NCBI GenBank assembly: GCA_040768745.1
Contig: JAXGMI010000002.1
Span: 544,001 to 608,000, forward strand
Origin: Desulfomicrobium sp.
GTDB taxonomy: Bacteria > Desulfobacterota > Desulfovibrionia > Desulfovibrionales > Desulfomicrobiaceae
DNA length: 64,000 bases
Direction of reading: 5' to 3'
This document shows positions 10,467 through 20,359 of this stretch, piece after piece; the stretch's first letter is position 1; every line of letters starts with the position of its first letter. The notes under the pieces are model-generated. The model saw only the letters and a program-made list of their open reading frames with translations, searched no databases and was not told the origin of the DNA. Position numbers and translations under genes: made by a program.

Positions 10467-10484
10467 ATTTGACCTGGATCAAAG
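10467..10484. promoter_or_regulatory. HcpR/FNR-type palindromic operator
   Basis: atTTGAcctggaTCAAag about 60 bp upstream of the ferredoxin-like gene. Confidence 0.65.
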
Positions 10485-10541
10485 CGGGCAGTTTCATGTT
10501 GTCCTAGCTCTGATGCACGAAGAACGTACCGGAGGGTCATC

Positions 10542-11345
10542 ATGAAACGTAAGATCATCGAAATTGATGAACAAAAGTGCACTGGCTGTGGTCAGTGCAT
10601 CACTGGATGCGCGGAAGGGGCTCTGGCCATTGTCAACGGCAAGGCCAGAATTGTGAGGGACATGTTTTGTGACGGACTGGGGGCCTGTATCGGTCACTGT
10701 CCGGAGGACGCCCTGCGCATCATCGAGCGCGAGGCAGAGGATTTTGACGAGGAGGCGGCCATGGAGCATGTCCGCCGCATGGGCGGGAGCGGACATCATC
10801 CAACTCCGCACGAGGGATGTCCGTCGAGTCAGGTCCGGGCCATGCAACCTGTCCACGGAGGCTGCCCGTCGGCCGGCATGATGCAGATGACGCCGTGCGA
10901 CAAGGCCAATGTTCCGACGGGCCAGGTCGGTTCGGCCCTGTCCCATTGGCCCGTCCAGATACGGCTTATCCCTCCTCACGCCCCATTCCTGGAGAATGCG
11001 GATCTGCTGATCGCCGGCGACTGCTGTCCTGTGGCGGCACCGGATTTTCACAGCCGGTTTCTGGCCGGGAAAGTGATCATGCTCGGCTGCCCCAAATTCG
11101 ACAATGCCGCAGAGTACGTCGAACGTCTCAGCCAGGTCTTTTCACAGGCCAGGATCAAGAGCATTTCAATTCTGGAAATGGAAGTGCCATGCTGCTCTGG
11201 TCTGTCCCGCATCGTAGGACAAGCGCTGGCCAGGAGTGGTCGGACCATCCCGTGCGCCAGGACCATCGTCTGCCGCGATGGCGCATCTCGCGAAGAGGAA
11301 TTCACGCCGGGCGGCGGGCTTTCCGCCGGCCTCACCCGGATCTGA
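10542..11345 (+). CDS. 4Fe-4S ferredoxin-domain protein (FrdX-like)
   Basis: CTGCGQCITGC and CDGLGACIGHCP; WPVQIRL, GCPKFD, MEVPCC. Confidence 0.88.
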   Translation: MKRKIIEIDEQKCTGCGQCITGCAEGALAIVNGKARIVRDMFCDGLGACIGHCPEDALRIIEREAEDFDEEAAMEHVRRMGGSGHHPTPHEGCPSSQVRAMQPVHGGCPSAGMMQMTPCDKANVPTGQVGSALSHWPVQIRLIPPHAPFLENADLLIAGDCCPVAAPDFHSRFLAGKVIMLGCPKFDNAAEYVERLSQVFSQARIKSISILEMEVPCCSGLSRIVGQALARSGRTIPCARTIVCRDGASREEEFTPGGGLSAGLTRI

Positions 11346-11410
11346 TTCCGCTGCCTGTTCCGGGCCACGCACCGTGTGTGGCCCGGTGCTGCGGCTCCCC
11401 CTGCCAGCTC

Positions 11411-12376
11411 TCAACCTCTCAGTGGATCCCGGCTTTCCTCATCCCCCTGCTCTGCATTGCCGTCCGCCTCTTCAAGGTCAGCCGTCCCCCGGCGGAGAGC
11501 CGGCCTTGCCTGGCTCAACAAAACTCCCGTAAAAATCAAGGCCACTCCGAAGAGCTGGATTTGATTCAAGCTCTCGCCCAGCCAGGCCCATCCCAGTAAC
11601 ATGGAAAAAACCGGGATGAGATTGACAAAGGCAGATGCCTGCCATGCTGGCAACTTGCTGATGCCGAAGTTATAAAATCCATATGCGCCAATGCTGATGC
11701 ACGTGCCCAGATACAGGACAGCCAGGGACGGGCCCACCGGAAAGGTTGCGGGAAGGGTCGTGGTGGGCAGAAACAGAATCGGCAGGAAAAAAAACGTGCC
11801 CACCAGGGACTGCAGCGCTGTCAGAAACCAAGGTGAGTAGGTGGCACACAGCTTCTTCATGCTGACAGTGTACCCTGCAGCACAGACCATCGCCAACACT
11901 TCCAGAAAGTTGCCCAGCATCGGAAAGGGGGCTTCTTCAGTGGCCGAGCCGCTGAAACTGACCCATGCCACTCCGCCCAGAGCCAGAGCCAAGCCAAGCC
12001 AGGACAATCTGGTCAACCGTTCTCCAAGAAAGAACCCAGAGCACACGGCCACCAGCAACGGCAGCGTGGCTGCAACCACACCCGCCTGGGAAGCCGAGGT
12101 GTAGCGCATGGCCTGTCCCTCAAATATGAAGTACATGCACGGCTCGCACAAGGTCATGAACAACATGGCCCACAGGTCCTGCCGGCGCAAACGATGGGGC
12201 CTCCATCTTCTCCAGGCGAGCAGAAACAGGCCGGCGGAGATGGCCATGCGGGCAAATACAATGGCCATCGGATCAAAGGCCATCACCGCATACTTGAAGG
12301 CCACGAAAGAGCTGCCCCATAACATCATGGCCGCAAGGAGGGCAAAATATGGCAAGAAAGAGAAGAATATCACCAA
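11411..12376 (-). CDS. DMT/EamA family transporter
   Basis: LWGSSF start, about 10 TM helices, duplicated EamA pattern; start uncertain. Confidence 0.88.
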   Translation of the reverse strand: MVIFFSFLPYFALLAAMMLWGSSFVAFKYAVMAFDPMAIVFARMAISAGLFLLAWRRWRPHRLRRQDLWAMLFMTLCEPCMYFIFEGQAMRYTSASQAGVVAATLPLLVAVCSGFFLGERLTRLSWLGLALALGGVAWVSFSGSATEEAPFPMLGNFLEVLAMVCAAGYTVSMKKLCATYSPWFLTALQSLVGTFFFLPILFLPTTTLPATFPVGPSLAVLYLGTCISIGAYGFYNFGISKLPAWQASAFVNLIPVFSMLLGWAWLGESLNQIQLFGVALIFTGVLLSQARPALRRGTADLEEADGNAEQGDEESRDPLRG

Positions 12377-12521
12377 TACTCACCAAACCGTGCGGTATTG
12401 CAGCAAATTTCAAAAAAAGCTTGCATGGAACTTCCTCAAAACATAATCACAAAAAAGGGAGAGCTCAAACCATTCACTTCTCAACGCAATAGGCGGATTC
12501 CCGGAAATCCCTCGGCCAGGC

Positions 12522-13985
12522 ATGCACGAATCGTCTTTTGACCATATTCCAACCACTAGCGCCGCCTATTTTCTCACGCCGCAACTCGAGGATCTTTTCC
12601 AATCCCTGCTGGCAGAAATTGCACAGTCGCGTCTGCTCAGCTGTGTCGCCGGCTTTCCGCAGTCCGGAAAATCAACATTTCTGGCCCGTCTCTCCACGCT
12701 GCTGGAAGCACATTCCATCCTGCTTCCCTTCACCGGGGAATTGACCCTTTCCAAACACCTCAGCGCCCACCTCTCCCCTCAAGGGCAGAACAAATCCAAT
12801 CTTTCAAAAAGGCTGCAGGAACATAGACACGTGGTCCTGCTTGTCGACAACGCCCACCTGCTCCAAGACTCGGATTTCGCCTTTCTGCACGGACTTTTCA
12901 CACTGGCAAAACAGCTCCGCGCTGTCCTGCAGATTGTCCTGATGGGGAACAGGGAGATTCTGCACAGACTGGCCCGGCCTGACAACCGGACCATTCACAG
13001 CATGATCGGCACCATCTGGAATATGCCCAAACTGACCCGAGAGCAGTCCCTGTCCTATATCAACTTTCTGTTGGATTCAGCCGGCCTCGCCGCAGATCTG
13101 ATACCCTATCCGGAAGTCCTGGTCGAGCAGGCTGCGGGCAGCATAGGCGTTTTGCGCCGGCTGACGGCGGCCAAGACCAAGAATGCCATGGATGAACCGG
13201 CAGAGGATGATGCGGCGGGCAACATGGTGAACCAGGAGGACCACGAACCGAGCCCTGCACCGGCAATGCCCCAGGGCGGGGAGACGCCTGCCCAGACCGT
13301 GGTCAAGACCCCACCCTCGAGGGTGGGATGGATTCTCCTGCTGACCATGGCAGGATTCATCGCCCTTTTTCTGCTCGCCTTTGCGTGGCTGCTCCCGGAA
13401 ACAGGGATCAAGGACTTTCTGCTGGGAGCGGACAGCGCTCCCAGGGCCACGGTGAATGATGCGGAGCTCTCCACACCCCAGGCCATTATCCAGCCTCCGG
13501 GTTCACTGCCGAATGTCGCCAAGACCGTGTTCCGCAAGCGGACCCAGGATGGTCCATACTCGCTGCAGCTCGGTTCCTATGCCAGCATAGAGGCTCTGGT
13601 CCTGCATCTGCCCCGTTTTGCGGATCTGGGACAGCCGCTCTTCTGGACCCGGGAGGAGGGGCCTCCAGTCCAGTTCGTCCTTTTTGCGGGACGCTTCGAC
13701 GAGTTCAACCAAGCCAGCCAGTTCGGCGTGCACAAAAAAATGGCCGAAGCCACAGTGGTTTTCCGGCCCTTCGTGGCCACAGCGGGGCCCCTGACCGACG
13801 CCCAGCAAATCAGAAACGCGAGTTTCCTGGTCGGGTTGCCAGGGATTCACGACGTGTTTGAACGGGAACTTGTCTCCGGCGTGGAAGTCCAGTTCGCCCT
13901 GGAGCGCACCCGCGAGGAAGCCCTGGCCCGTTGTTCCGAAGCCGAGGCCAAGGGGCTGTCCTGCGCGGTGACCCAATATGAATAG
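12522..13985 (+). CDS. ExeA-like AAA ATPase with TM helix and SPOR-like C-terminus
   Basis: GFPQSGKST, LLVDNAH, LQIVLMG; central TM; YSLQLGSY. Confidence 0.7.
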   Translation: MHESSFDHIPTTSAAYFLTPQLEDLFQSLLAEIAQSRLLSCVAGFPQSGKSTFLARLSTLLEAHSILLPFTGELTLSKHLSAHLSPQGQNKSNLSKRLQEHRHVVLLVDNAHLLQDSDFAFLHGLFTLAKQLRAVLQIVLMGNREILHRLARPDNRTIHSMIGTIWNMPKLTREQSLSYINFLLDSAGLAADLIPYPEVLVEQAAGSIGVLRRLTAAKTKNAMDEPAEDDAAGNMVNQEDHEPSPAPAMPQGGETPAQTVVKTPPSRVGWILLLTMAGFIALFLLAFAWLLPETGIKDFLLGADSAPRATVNDAELSTPQAIIQPPGSLPNVAKTVFRKRTQDGPYSLQLGSYASIEALVLHLPRFADLGQPLFWTREEGPPVQFVLFAGRFDEFNQASQFGVHKKMAEATVVFRPFVATAGPLTDAQQIRNASFLVGLPGIHDVFERELVSGVEVQFALERTREEALARCSEAEAKGLSCAVTQYE

Positions 13986-13987
13986 CC

Positions 13988-15280
13988 CTAGGTCCGCAGG
14001 TCCAGAACCCGCTGGGCCTTGCCCTCTGATTTGGGCAGGGAGTTCTGCTCCACCAGGTCGATGCGCGCAGTGATGAGGATCTCGTCGCGCAGTTTCGCAC
14101 TGATCCGATTCTGCAATCCCTTGAGTTCGCGCATGTCCTCGACAAAAAATTCATCCTTGACCTCGACCTTGACCCGCATCTGGTCCAGATAGCCCTCGCG
14201 CTCCAGCACGATGAGGTAGTTCTGTCCCACTTCAGGGATGCTCATCAGCACGTTTTCGACCTGCATGGGGTAGATATTCACGCCCTTGATGATGATCATG
14301 TCGTCGGCACGTCCCAGAATCCGGTCCAGACGGCGGTGTCGGCGTCCACAAGGGCAGTCGCCCTGCACAAAGCGGGTCAGATCCTTGGTCCGATAGCGGA
14401 TGAGTGGCATGCCCTCACGGCACAAGGTGGTGATGACCAGCTCCCCGACCTCTCCCTCGGGCACATGCTCCCCTGTTTCCGGATTAACGATTTCAGGGAG
14501 ATACGCATCCTCCCAGATATGCATGCCGTTTTGTTCCAGACACTCGAAAGCCACGCCAGGACCGTTCATCTCCGACAGACCATAGGAATTGTAGGCCTTC
14601 AGCCCGTACACCTCCTCGATGCGACGGCGCATGGCCTCCGTGTGCGGCTCGGCCCCAATAAGGGCAACACGCAGATTGAGCTTGTCCCGTGTGTATCCCA
14701 GCTCTTCTTTCACCGTGCTCAGGTGCAGGGCATAGGACGGGATGATGTGGACGACTGAGACCTGAAAATCCTGCAGCAGCTTGAGTTGACGCTTTGAATT
14801 TCCCGCTCCGGCCGGAATGGTCAGACAGCCGAGACGCTCCGCTCCGTAATGAATGCCCAGACCACCGGTGAAAAGACCATACCCGGCTATGTTCTGAAAT
14901 GTATCCTCTGGACGCACGCCAACCATATGCATGCAACGGGCCATGAGGTCTGCCCAGCAGTCCACGTCGTTCCGGGTATAGTAGATGACTGTGGCCGAAC
15001 CAGTTGTCCCTGAAGAGGCATGCAGACGGATCATGTCCGTCACGGGCCGGGTCAGCATGCGCGAAGGATAGGCGCTGCGCAGATCATCCTTGGTCGTGAA
15101 GGGGAGCTTGACAACATCCGCTGCGGACTGGATGGCGCTGGGGTCCAGGCCCATCTCCGCGAAGCGATGGGAATAGAATTCTGACCTGGCCGCGCGCTCC
15201 AGCGCGCCCTTCAAACGGATTTTCTGTACGGTATCCAGTTCGCTGCGGGTGAAAAATTCTTCCTGGCAATAGCCTTTCAT
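13988..15280 (-). CDS. paaK: Phenylacetate-CoA ligase family protein
   Basis: LPFTTKDDLR, HASSGTTG, YGLFTGGLG, YGLSE, RYRTKD, GRADDM. Confidence 0.88.
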   Translation of the reverse strand: MKGYCQEEFFTRSELDTVQKIRLKGALERAARSEFYSHRFAEMGLDPSAIQSAADVVKLPFTTKDDLRSAYPSRMLTRPVTDMIRLHASSGTTGSATVIYYTRNDVDCWADLMARCMHMVGVRPEDTFQNIAGYGLFTGGLGIHYGAERLGCLTIPAGAGNSKRQLKLLQDFQVSVVHIIPSYALHLSTVKEELGYTRDKLNLRVALIGAEPHTEAMRRRIEEVYGLKAYNSYGLSEMNGPGVAFECLEQNGMHIWEDAYLPEIVNPETGEHVPEGEVGELVITTLCREGMPLIRYRTKDLTRFVQGDCPCGRRHRRLDRILGRADDMIIIKGVNIYPMQVENVLMSIPEVGQNYLIVLEREGYLDQMRVKVEVKDEFFVEDMRELKGLQNRISAKLRDEILITARIDLVEQNSLPKSEGKAQRVLDLRT

Positions 15281-15322
15281 GACAAACTCCGCCTTGGGTT
15301 GAGGGTGAGCTCCGGCAATGCG

Positions 15323-16771
15323 TTAGAATGCACCGCCATTCTCCGACGGCAGCCCGACTTCCGTCAGATTGTCGAACACGGTGTACTGGCCAAAATAGGC
15401 CAGACGCATGGTCCCTATGGGGCCATTGCGCTGTTTGCCGATAATGATCTCAGCGATATTCTTGTTCGGGTTGTCCTCTGCCTTGTTGTACGCCGCGTCG
15501 CGGTAGATGAAGACGATGACGTCAGCGTCTTGCTCGATGGCACCCGACTCGCGGAGATCCGAGAGCACGGGACGCTTGTCCGAACGTTCCTCGACCTTGC
15601 GGTTGAGCTGGGACAGGGCGATGACCGGGACTTCGAGTTCCTTGGCCAGGGCCTTCAGGTTGCGCGAAATGTCCGAGATTTCCTGCTCGCGTGAATCGCT
15701 GTTCCGGCTGGAACGCATGAGCTGCAGGTAGTCTACGATGATGAGCCCCACGCCCTTGTCGGCCTTGAGCCGTCTGCATCGGGCCCTGATTTCCATGGTG
15801 CTCAGGGCCGGGGTGTCGTCAATATAGATGGGCGCTTTGGACAGATCCTCGGCGGCCTGATAGAGGCGGCTCCAATCCTCGTCGTTCAGATACCCGCTGC
15901 GCAATCGGCTCAGATCGACCCGCCCGTGGCAGCCAAGCATGCGCATCATGAGCTGGTCCATGGACATTTCCAGGGAAAAAACGGCCACAGGCACATCGCT
16001 GTGGATGGCCGCGCGCATGCCCATGTTGAGCGCCAGCGCCGTTTTGCCCATGGACGGTCTGGCGGCCAGAATGATCAGATCGGACTTCTGGAGACCGGCC
16101 GTCATGTGATCGAAATCCGTGTATCCCGTGGGCACCCCGGTGATCAATTCACCCTGCCCGGCACGCAATTCCAGCTGCTCAAAGACGCGGTTGACGAGGT
16201 CCTTGCTGCTGATGAAGGCGGGCTTGCCCTTGGACTCCACAATGGAAAAAATCTGCTGTTCAGCCTGGTCCAGCAGGACCTCTGTCTCCTCCCCGGCCTC
16301 GAAACAGTTGGTCAGGATCTCGGACGAGGTCTGGATCAGCCTGCGGCGCACAGCCTTGTCCCGCACGATGTGGGCGTGAAAGACGGCATTGGCGGCCGAG
16401 GCCACGGACTCGGCAAGGGAAGCCAGATAGACCGTACCGCCCACCTCGTCCAGTTGCCCGCGGCGTTGCAGATGCTCGGCCACGGTGACAAGATCGACGG
16501 GCTCCCGGCGGCGATAGAGCTCCTGGAAGGCCTGAAAAATGATCCGGTGAACAGGGGAATAGAAATCCTCGTCGGAAACCGTGTCCACGAGGGTATGCAG
16601 GATCTCGTTGCGCAGGAAAACCCCACCCAGCACTGCCTGTTCGGCTTCGGTGTTGTGGGGAGGGACCTTGCGCAACAAATCAGAAGAGGCCTTTTGCAAG
16701 GCCTCTTCCGGTTGAACACGAGTTCCGAGGCGCTGCCCGGGGTTACTCCGCGGCTGCTTCTTCGGTTGCAT
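15323..16771 (-). CDS. dnaB: Replicative DNA helicase
   Basis: AEQAVLG, AARPSMGKT, VDYLQL, LSQLNR, DLRESGAIEQDAD, KQRNGP. Confidence 0.97.
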   Translation of the reverse strand: MQPKKQPRSNPGQRLGTRVQPEEALQKASSDLLRKVPPHNTEAEQAVLGGVFLRNEILHTLVDTVSDEDFYSPVHRIIFQAFQELYRRREPVDLVTVAEHLQRRGQLDEVGGTVYLASLAESVASAANAVFHAHIVRDKAVRRRLIQTSSEILTNCFEAGEETEVLLDQAEQQIFSIVESKGKPAFISSKDLVNRVFEQLELRAGQGELITGVPTGYTDFDHMTAGLQKSDLIILAARPSMGKTALALNMGMRAAIHSDVPVAVFSLEMSMDQLMMRMLGCHGRVDLSRLRSGYLNDEDWSRLYQAAEDLSKAPIYIDDTPALSTMEIRARCRRLKADKGVGLIIVDYLQLMRSSRNSDSREQEISDISRNLKALAKELEVPVIALSQLNRKVEERSDKRPVLSDLRESGAIEQDADVIVFIYRDAAYNKAEDNPNKNIAEIIIGKQRNGPIGTMRLAYFGQYTVFDNLTEVGLPSENGGAF

Positions 16772-17252
16772 CGGCCTGGGCTACGGCTTGGGTCACCTGC
16801 TCCGCCTGGCCATGTTTGATGACGTTGACGGTCAGCTTGGCCACGACTTCGGGATGGAGTTTCACGTCCACGATGTATTCACCCAGGGATCGGATCCCGT
16901 CCGCCAGCTGGATCTTCCGGCGATCCACCTCCACGCCCTGGTCAGCCAGGATGGAGGCAATCTGGGAGGATGTGACAGAACCATAGAGCTTGTCCCCGTC
17001 GCCGACGCGGACCTCGACAATGACTTTGGCGGCTTCGATCTTGGCTGCCAATCCGGAGGCCTCAGCCCGCAAGGCATCATTCTTGGCCTGCAGTTTACGG
17101 CGTTCCTGTTCGAATACCTTCAGATTGCCGGGAGTCGCCAATGAGGCAAGGCCCTGAGGCAACAGATAATTTCTTCCATAACCAGGTTTGACCGCGACGA
17201 TTTCACCGAGGCGGCCAAGATTGTCCACGTCTGCACGCAAAATGACCTTCAT
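16743..17252 (-). CDS. rplI: 50S ribosomal protein L9
   Basis: MKVIL...VKPGYGRNYLLPQG, KLYGSVT. Confidence 0.96.
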   Translation of the reverse strand: MKVILRADVDNLGRLGEIVAVKPGYGRNYLLPQGLASLATPGNLKVFEQERRKLQAKNDALRAEASGLAAKIEAAKVIVEVRVGDGDKLYGSVTSSQIASILADQGVEVDRRKIQLADGIRSLGEYIVDVKLHPEVVAKLTVNVIKHGQAEQVTQAVAQADATEEAAAE

Positions 17253-17263
17253 GACCAACTCTC

Positions 17264-17527
17264 CTAGATTCTAGACTTTTTGAGCACGTCCGTGCTGTGG
17301 GTGGCAGTGTAGAACATCAGCGCCATCTGACGGGCGCGCTTCACTTCACGGGTGATGGCCCGCTGGTGCTTGGCGCAAGTGCCCGTGATCCGGCTGGCGA
17401 TGATCTTGCCGCGGTCGGTCACAAAATCATTCAGCACTTCAGGGTGCTTGTAATTCAATGGGATCTCGGGATTTTCACAGAAACGGCAGTATTTTCTGCG
17501 GGGAGCGAATTTTTTCTTAAAGGACAT
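17264..17527 (-). CDS. rpsR: 30S ribosomal protein S18 (Zn-binding C+ type)
   Basis: [22 protein letters not shown]. Confidence 0.96.
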   Translation of the reverse strand: MSFKKKFAPRRKYCRFCENPEIPLNYKHPEVLNDFVTDRGKIIASRITGTCAKHQRAITREVKRARQMALMFYTATHSTDVLKKSRI

Positions 17528-17528
17528 G

Positions 17529-17834
17529 TTAGGCCTCCTCGGTATGCTCGGCGAGTCTGACGGTGATGAATTTGAAGATCCCATCGGCTATGCGGACATT
17601 GCGCTCCAATTCCGCCACAGCCTGTCCAGGCATGCTCAATTCCATCCGAACGTACCGACCGCGGTTGAACTTGCGCACCGGGTAGGCGGTATCCTTGACG
17701 CCCCAGTCATCGATCTTCAGAACGGAACCGCCCTCTCGTTCGACAACGGCGCTCAGATTGTTGACGATATCACGGCATTCTTCCATGCCCAGCTCCGGAC
17801 TCAACAGGAGCAATTCCTCGTACCTGGCGATCAT
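17529..17834 (-). CDS. rpsF: 30S ribosomal protein S6
   Basis: [20 protein letters not shown]; rpsF-rpsR-rplI order. Confidence 0.93.
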   Translation of the reverse strand: MIARYEELLLLSPELGMEECRDIVNNLSAVVEREGGSVLKIDDWGVKDTAYPVRKFNRGRYVRMELSMPGQAVAELERNVRIADGIFKFITVRLAEHTEEA

Positions 17835-17841
17835 GTGTGAT

Positions 17842-17889
17842 CCTCCTTGTGGATGATAGCCCACCCGCACCATGGGGCGAGCAAGGAAA
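17842..17889 (-). ncRNA. S6:S18 ribosomal protein leader (autogenous control RNA)
   Basis: On -: TTCCTTG pairs with CAAGGAG overlapping the SD, inner GCTCGCCC/GGGTGGGC helix, CCA (CCR) motif just before the SD. Confidence 0.7.
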
Positions 17890-17977
17890 TGAGGATCGTT
17901 ATTCCCATCCCTCAATGCTGTCAAGGATGCCGTCCTGTGTACTTGAAGAAGGTCAGAATTGCGCTTACATCTCCGCC

Positions 17978-20359
17978 ATGAAGTCCACTCTTCTCCTTTT
18001 TTTTGCATTTTTCTGCAGCGTGCCGGCGCTGGCCCAATCCCCCAATGTGCTGGTGCTCCACTCCTACCATCCCGGCCTGTCCTGGACCGACACCCTGAAC
18101 ACCGGGATCCGCGAGACCTTCGGCGCACAGCTGCCCCAAACCCTGCTCTGGGTCGAATACCTGGACACCAAACGCAATACAGACACGTCCTACCTGGCCC
18201 TGCAGGCCGCGCTTCTGAGACACAAACTGGCCGATAGCGTCTTCAAGCTGATCATCGCCACGGACAATGACGCCCTGGACTTCGTCCTCACCTACCGCGA
18301 TTCCATCTTCCGCTCCGCACCTGTGGCATTTTGCGGAGTGAACGACTTCCAGCCTGAGCAGTTGCGCGGGCAGCACAACATCACTGGCCTGGCCGAAAAC
18401 CCGTCCTTTCCTGATACCATGCGCACGGCACTGCTTCTCCATCCGGATACCAAGGAGTTTGTCATCATCGGTGGGGATCAGGCCATCACTGACCTGATCA
18501 CGGATCGTGCGCTGCGCTCCCTGGAAAGAACATTCGCTCCCATCCGGTTCACCTTCTGGAACAACCTCTCGGCCCAGGAACTGAAGGGCCGCCTGGGAGA
18601 GCTTGGACCGGGACAGATCATTTTTGTCCACGGGGTCATGCGCAACGAGGAAGGGGTGCTGGTGGACTACAGGGAAAAGAACCTTTTTCTGTCCACCCAT
18701 TCCAAAGTGCCCATCTACGGATTTTGGGACTTTGAAATGGGAACCGGCTGCGTGGGCGGCAGAATGGTCCAGGGGCAGGTGGAGGGAGAACGCGTTGCCC
18801 TTTTGGGCATACGCATCCTGGCCGGGGCCGATCCCGACACCATCCCCGTGGACCTGGCCACACCGTCGCAGTATATTTTCGACTACGAACAGCTCCAGCG
18901 TTTCCAGATCGACCCCGATGCCCTGCCTGGAGACAGCATCGTCCTCAACCAGCCCGCCCGTTTCTACCAGATCGACAAACGCTTCATCTGGGGAGCGACG
19001 GCCGCGGTGGCAGTGCTGCTCGCCGCTCTGGCCATGCTGCTCAGCTCCATCCGCCGCCGGCAAGAGGCCCAGGCCGTGCTCAATAAGAACAAGGAGCAAC
19101 TGGAAGAGGCGGTGCGGGCTCGGACAGAACATCTGCGCACAGCCAACGATGCCCTGGAGCGGGAAGTGCATGAACGTATGCGGGCCGAAAACGACCTGCG
19201 CAAGGCCCGTGCCCGGCTGGAAATCGAGGTGGAGCGGAGAACCAGCGACCTCGTTTTTGAAATCGAGCAGCGTCGCCAGGCCGAGGCCCACATCCGCGAC
19301 CGTGAAGCCAAAGCCAGGGCCCTGCTCAACGCGCCCAATGAAACCCTGCTGCTCATGGACCAAGCCGGAATCATCCTGGATATCAATGAGACCGGGGCCG
19401 CTCGCCTGAACCAGAGCCGCGCGTCCCTCTCCGGGGTCTGTCTGTACGACGTGATCACACCGTCCCTGGCTGAACGCTTCAGACAGGCCGTGGACAGCAT
19501 CTTTGAAAGCGGAGCAGCCGAGAGCATCACCGACTACGGCGAAAACCAGGACCTGGACATACGTCTCTATCCGGTTTTCGATGACAACGGCCAGGTAACG
19601 CGGGCGGCGGTGTTCATGGCCGATGTGACCGAAGCCAAACGCATGGGCCGCCAGATCATGCTTTTGGACAAAATCAACTCCCTGGGCCGCATGGCTGCGG
19701 GTATTGCCCATGAAATCCGCAATCCCCTGACCGGCATCCACGGGTACCTGTATGCCATGGACGAAGTCTGCGCGGAATTCCCTGACCGGCACGTCGCGGA
19801 GACCTTCCGCGATATCATTGAGAAGATCCGCAAGGCAGCGGGAAAAATGGAAGCGGTCATCCGCCGGGTGCTCGATTTTTCCAAACCCGGCACCCCCCGG
19901 CTGGAACTCCTGGACCTCACCGGTCCGGTGCATGAGGCCTTGGGCCTCATGACCCCGACCCTGCGCAAGGCCGGAGTGTCAGTGGAAACGGATCTCGCTC
20001 CAGTCCAGCCCGTGCTGGGGGATCGCATGCAGCTCGAACAGGCGGTCATCAACATCATGGACAATGCGACCAGAGCTGTCCGCGACCAGGCCGGCAAGCA
20101 CATCCGGATCAGCCTGTCCCAGTCCGAAGGGCTGGTCCGCCTAACCTTCGCCGATTCCGGTCCCGGCGTGGCGGAAAGGGATCGGGAGCGGATCTTCGAC
20201 CCCTTCTTCACCACAGCCTCCGACGGCACGGGCATCGGCCTTTCCATTGTCCAGCGCATCGTGGCCGACCATCATGGCTCCATCCGGGTGGTCGAAAGCA
20301 GCCTGGGCGGTGCCGAGTTCCGTCTGGAGTTTCCGGTTCATACGGGGGTACACGCATGA
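17978..20359 (+). CDS. Sensor histidine kinase (periplasmic ABC-SBP-like sensor, PAS, HisKA, HATPase)
   Basis: AHEIRNPL H-box, DSGPG, FDPFFTT, GTGIGL. Confidence 0.92.
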   Translation: MKSTLLLFFAFFCSVPALAQSPNVLVLHSYHPGLSWTDTLNTGIRETFGAQLPQTLLWVEYLDTKRNTDTSYLALQAALLRHKLADSVFKLIIATDNDALDFVLTYRDSIFRSAPVAFCGVNDFQPEQLRGQHNITGLAENPSFPDTMRTALLLHPDTKEFVIIGGDQAITDLITDRALRSLERTFAPIRFTFWNNLSAQELKGRLGELGPGQIIFVHGVMRNEEGVLVDYREKNLFLSTHSKVPIYGFWDFEMGTGCVGGRMVQGQVEGERVALLGIRILAGADPDTIPVDLATPSQYIFDYEQLQRFQIDPDALPGDSIVLNQPARFYQIDKRFIWGATAAVAVLLAALAMLLSSIRRRQEAQAVLNKNKEQLEEAVRARTEHLRTANDALEREVHERMRAENDLRKARARLEIEVERRTSDLVFEIEQRRQAEAHIRDREAKARALLNAPNETLLLMDQAGIILDINETGAARLNQSRASLSGVCLYDVITPSLAERFRQAVDSIFESGAAESITDYGENQDLDIRLYPVFDDNGQVTRAAVFMADVTEAKRMGRQIMLLDKINSLGRMAAGIAHEIRNPLTGIHGYLYAMDEVCAEFPDRHVAETFRDIIEKIRKAAGKMEAVIRRVLDFSKPGTPRLELLDLTGPVHEALGLMTPTLRKAGVSVETDLAPVQPVLGDRMQLEQAVINIMDNATRAVRDQAGKHIRISLSQSEGLVRLTFADSGPGVAERDRERIFDPFFTTASDGTGIGLSIVQRIVADHHGSIRVVESSLGGAEFRLEFPVHTGVHA

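Noticed and set aside
17921..19933. 670 aa antisense ORF (similar ones at 20338-21918, 22173-24125, 54246-56552, 30670-32001)
   Set aside because: Shadow frames of well-supported genes caused by GC3 bias; no motifs.
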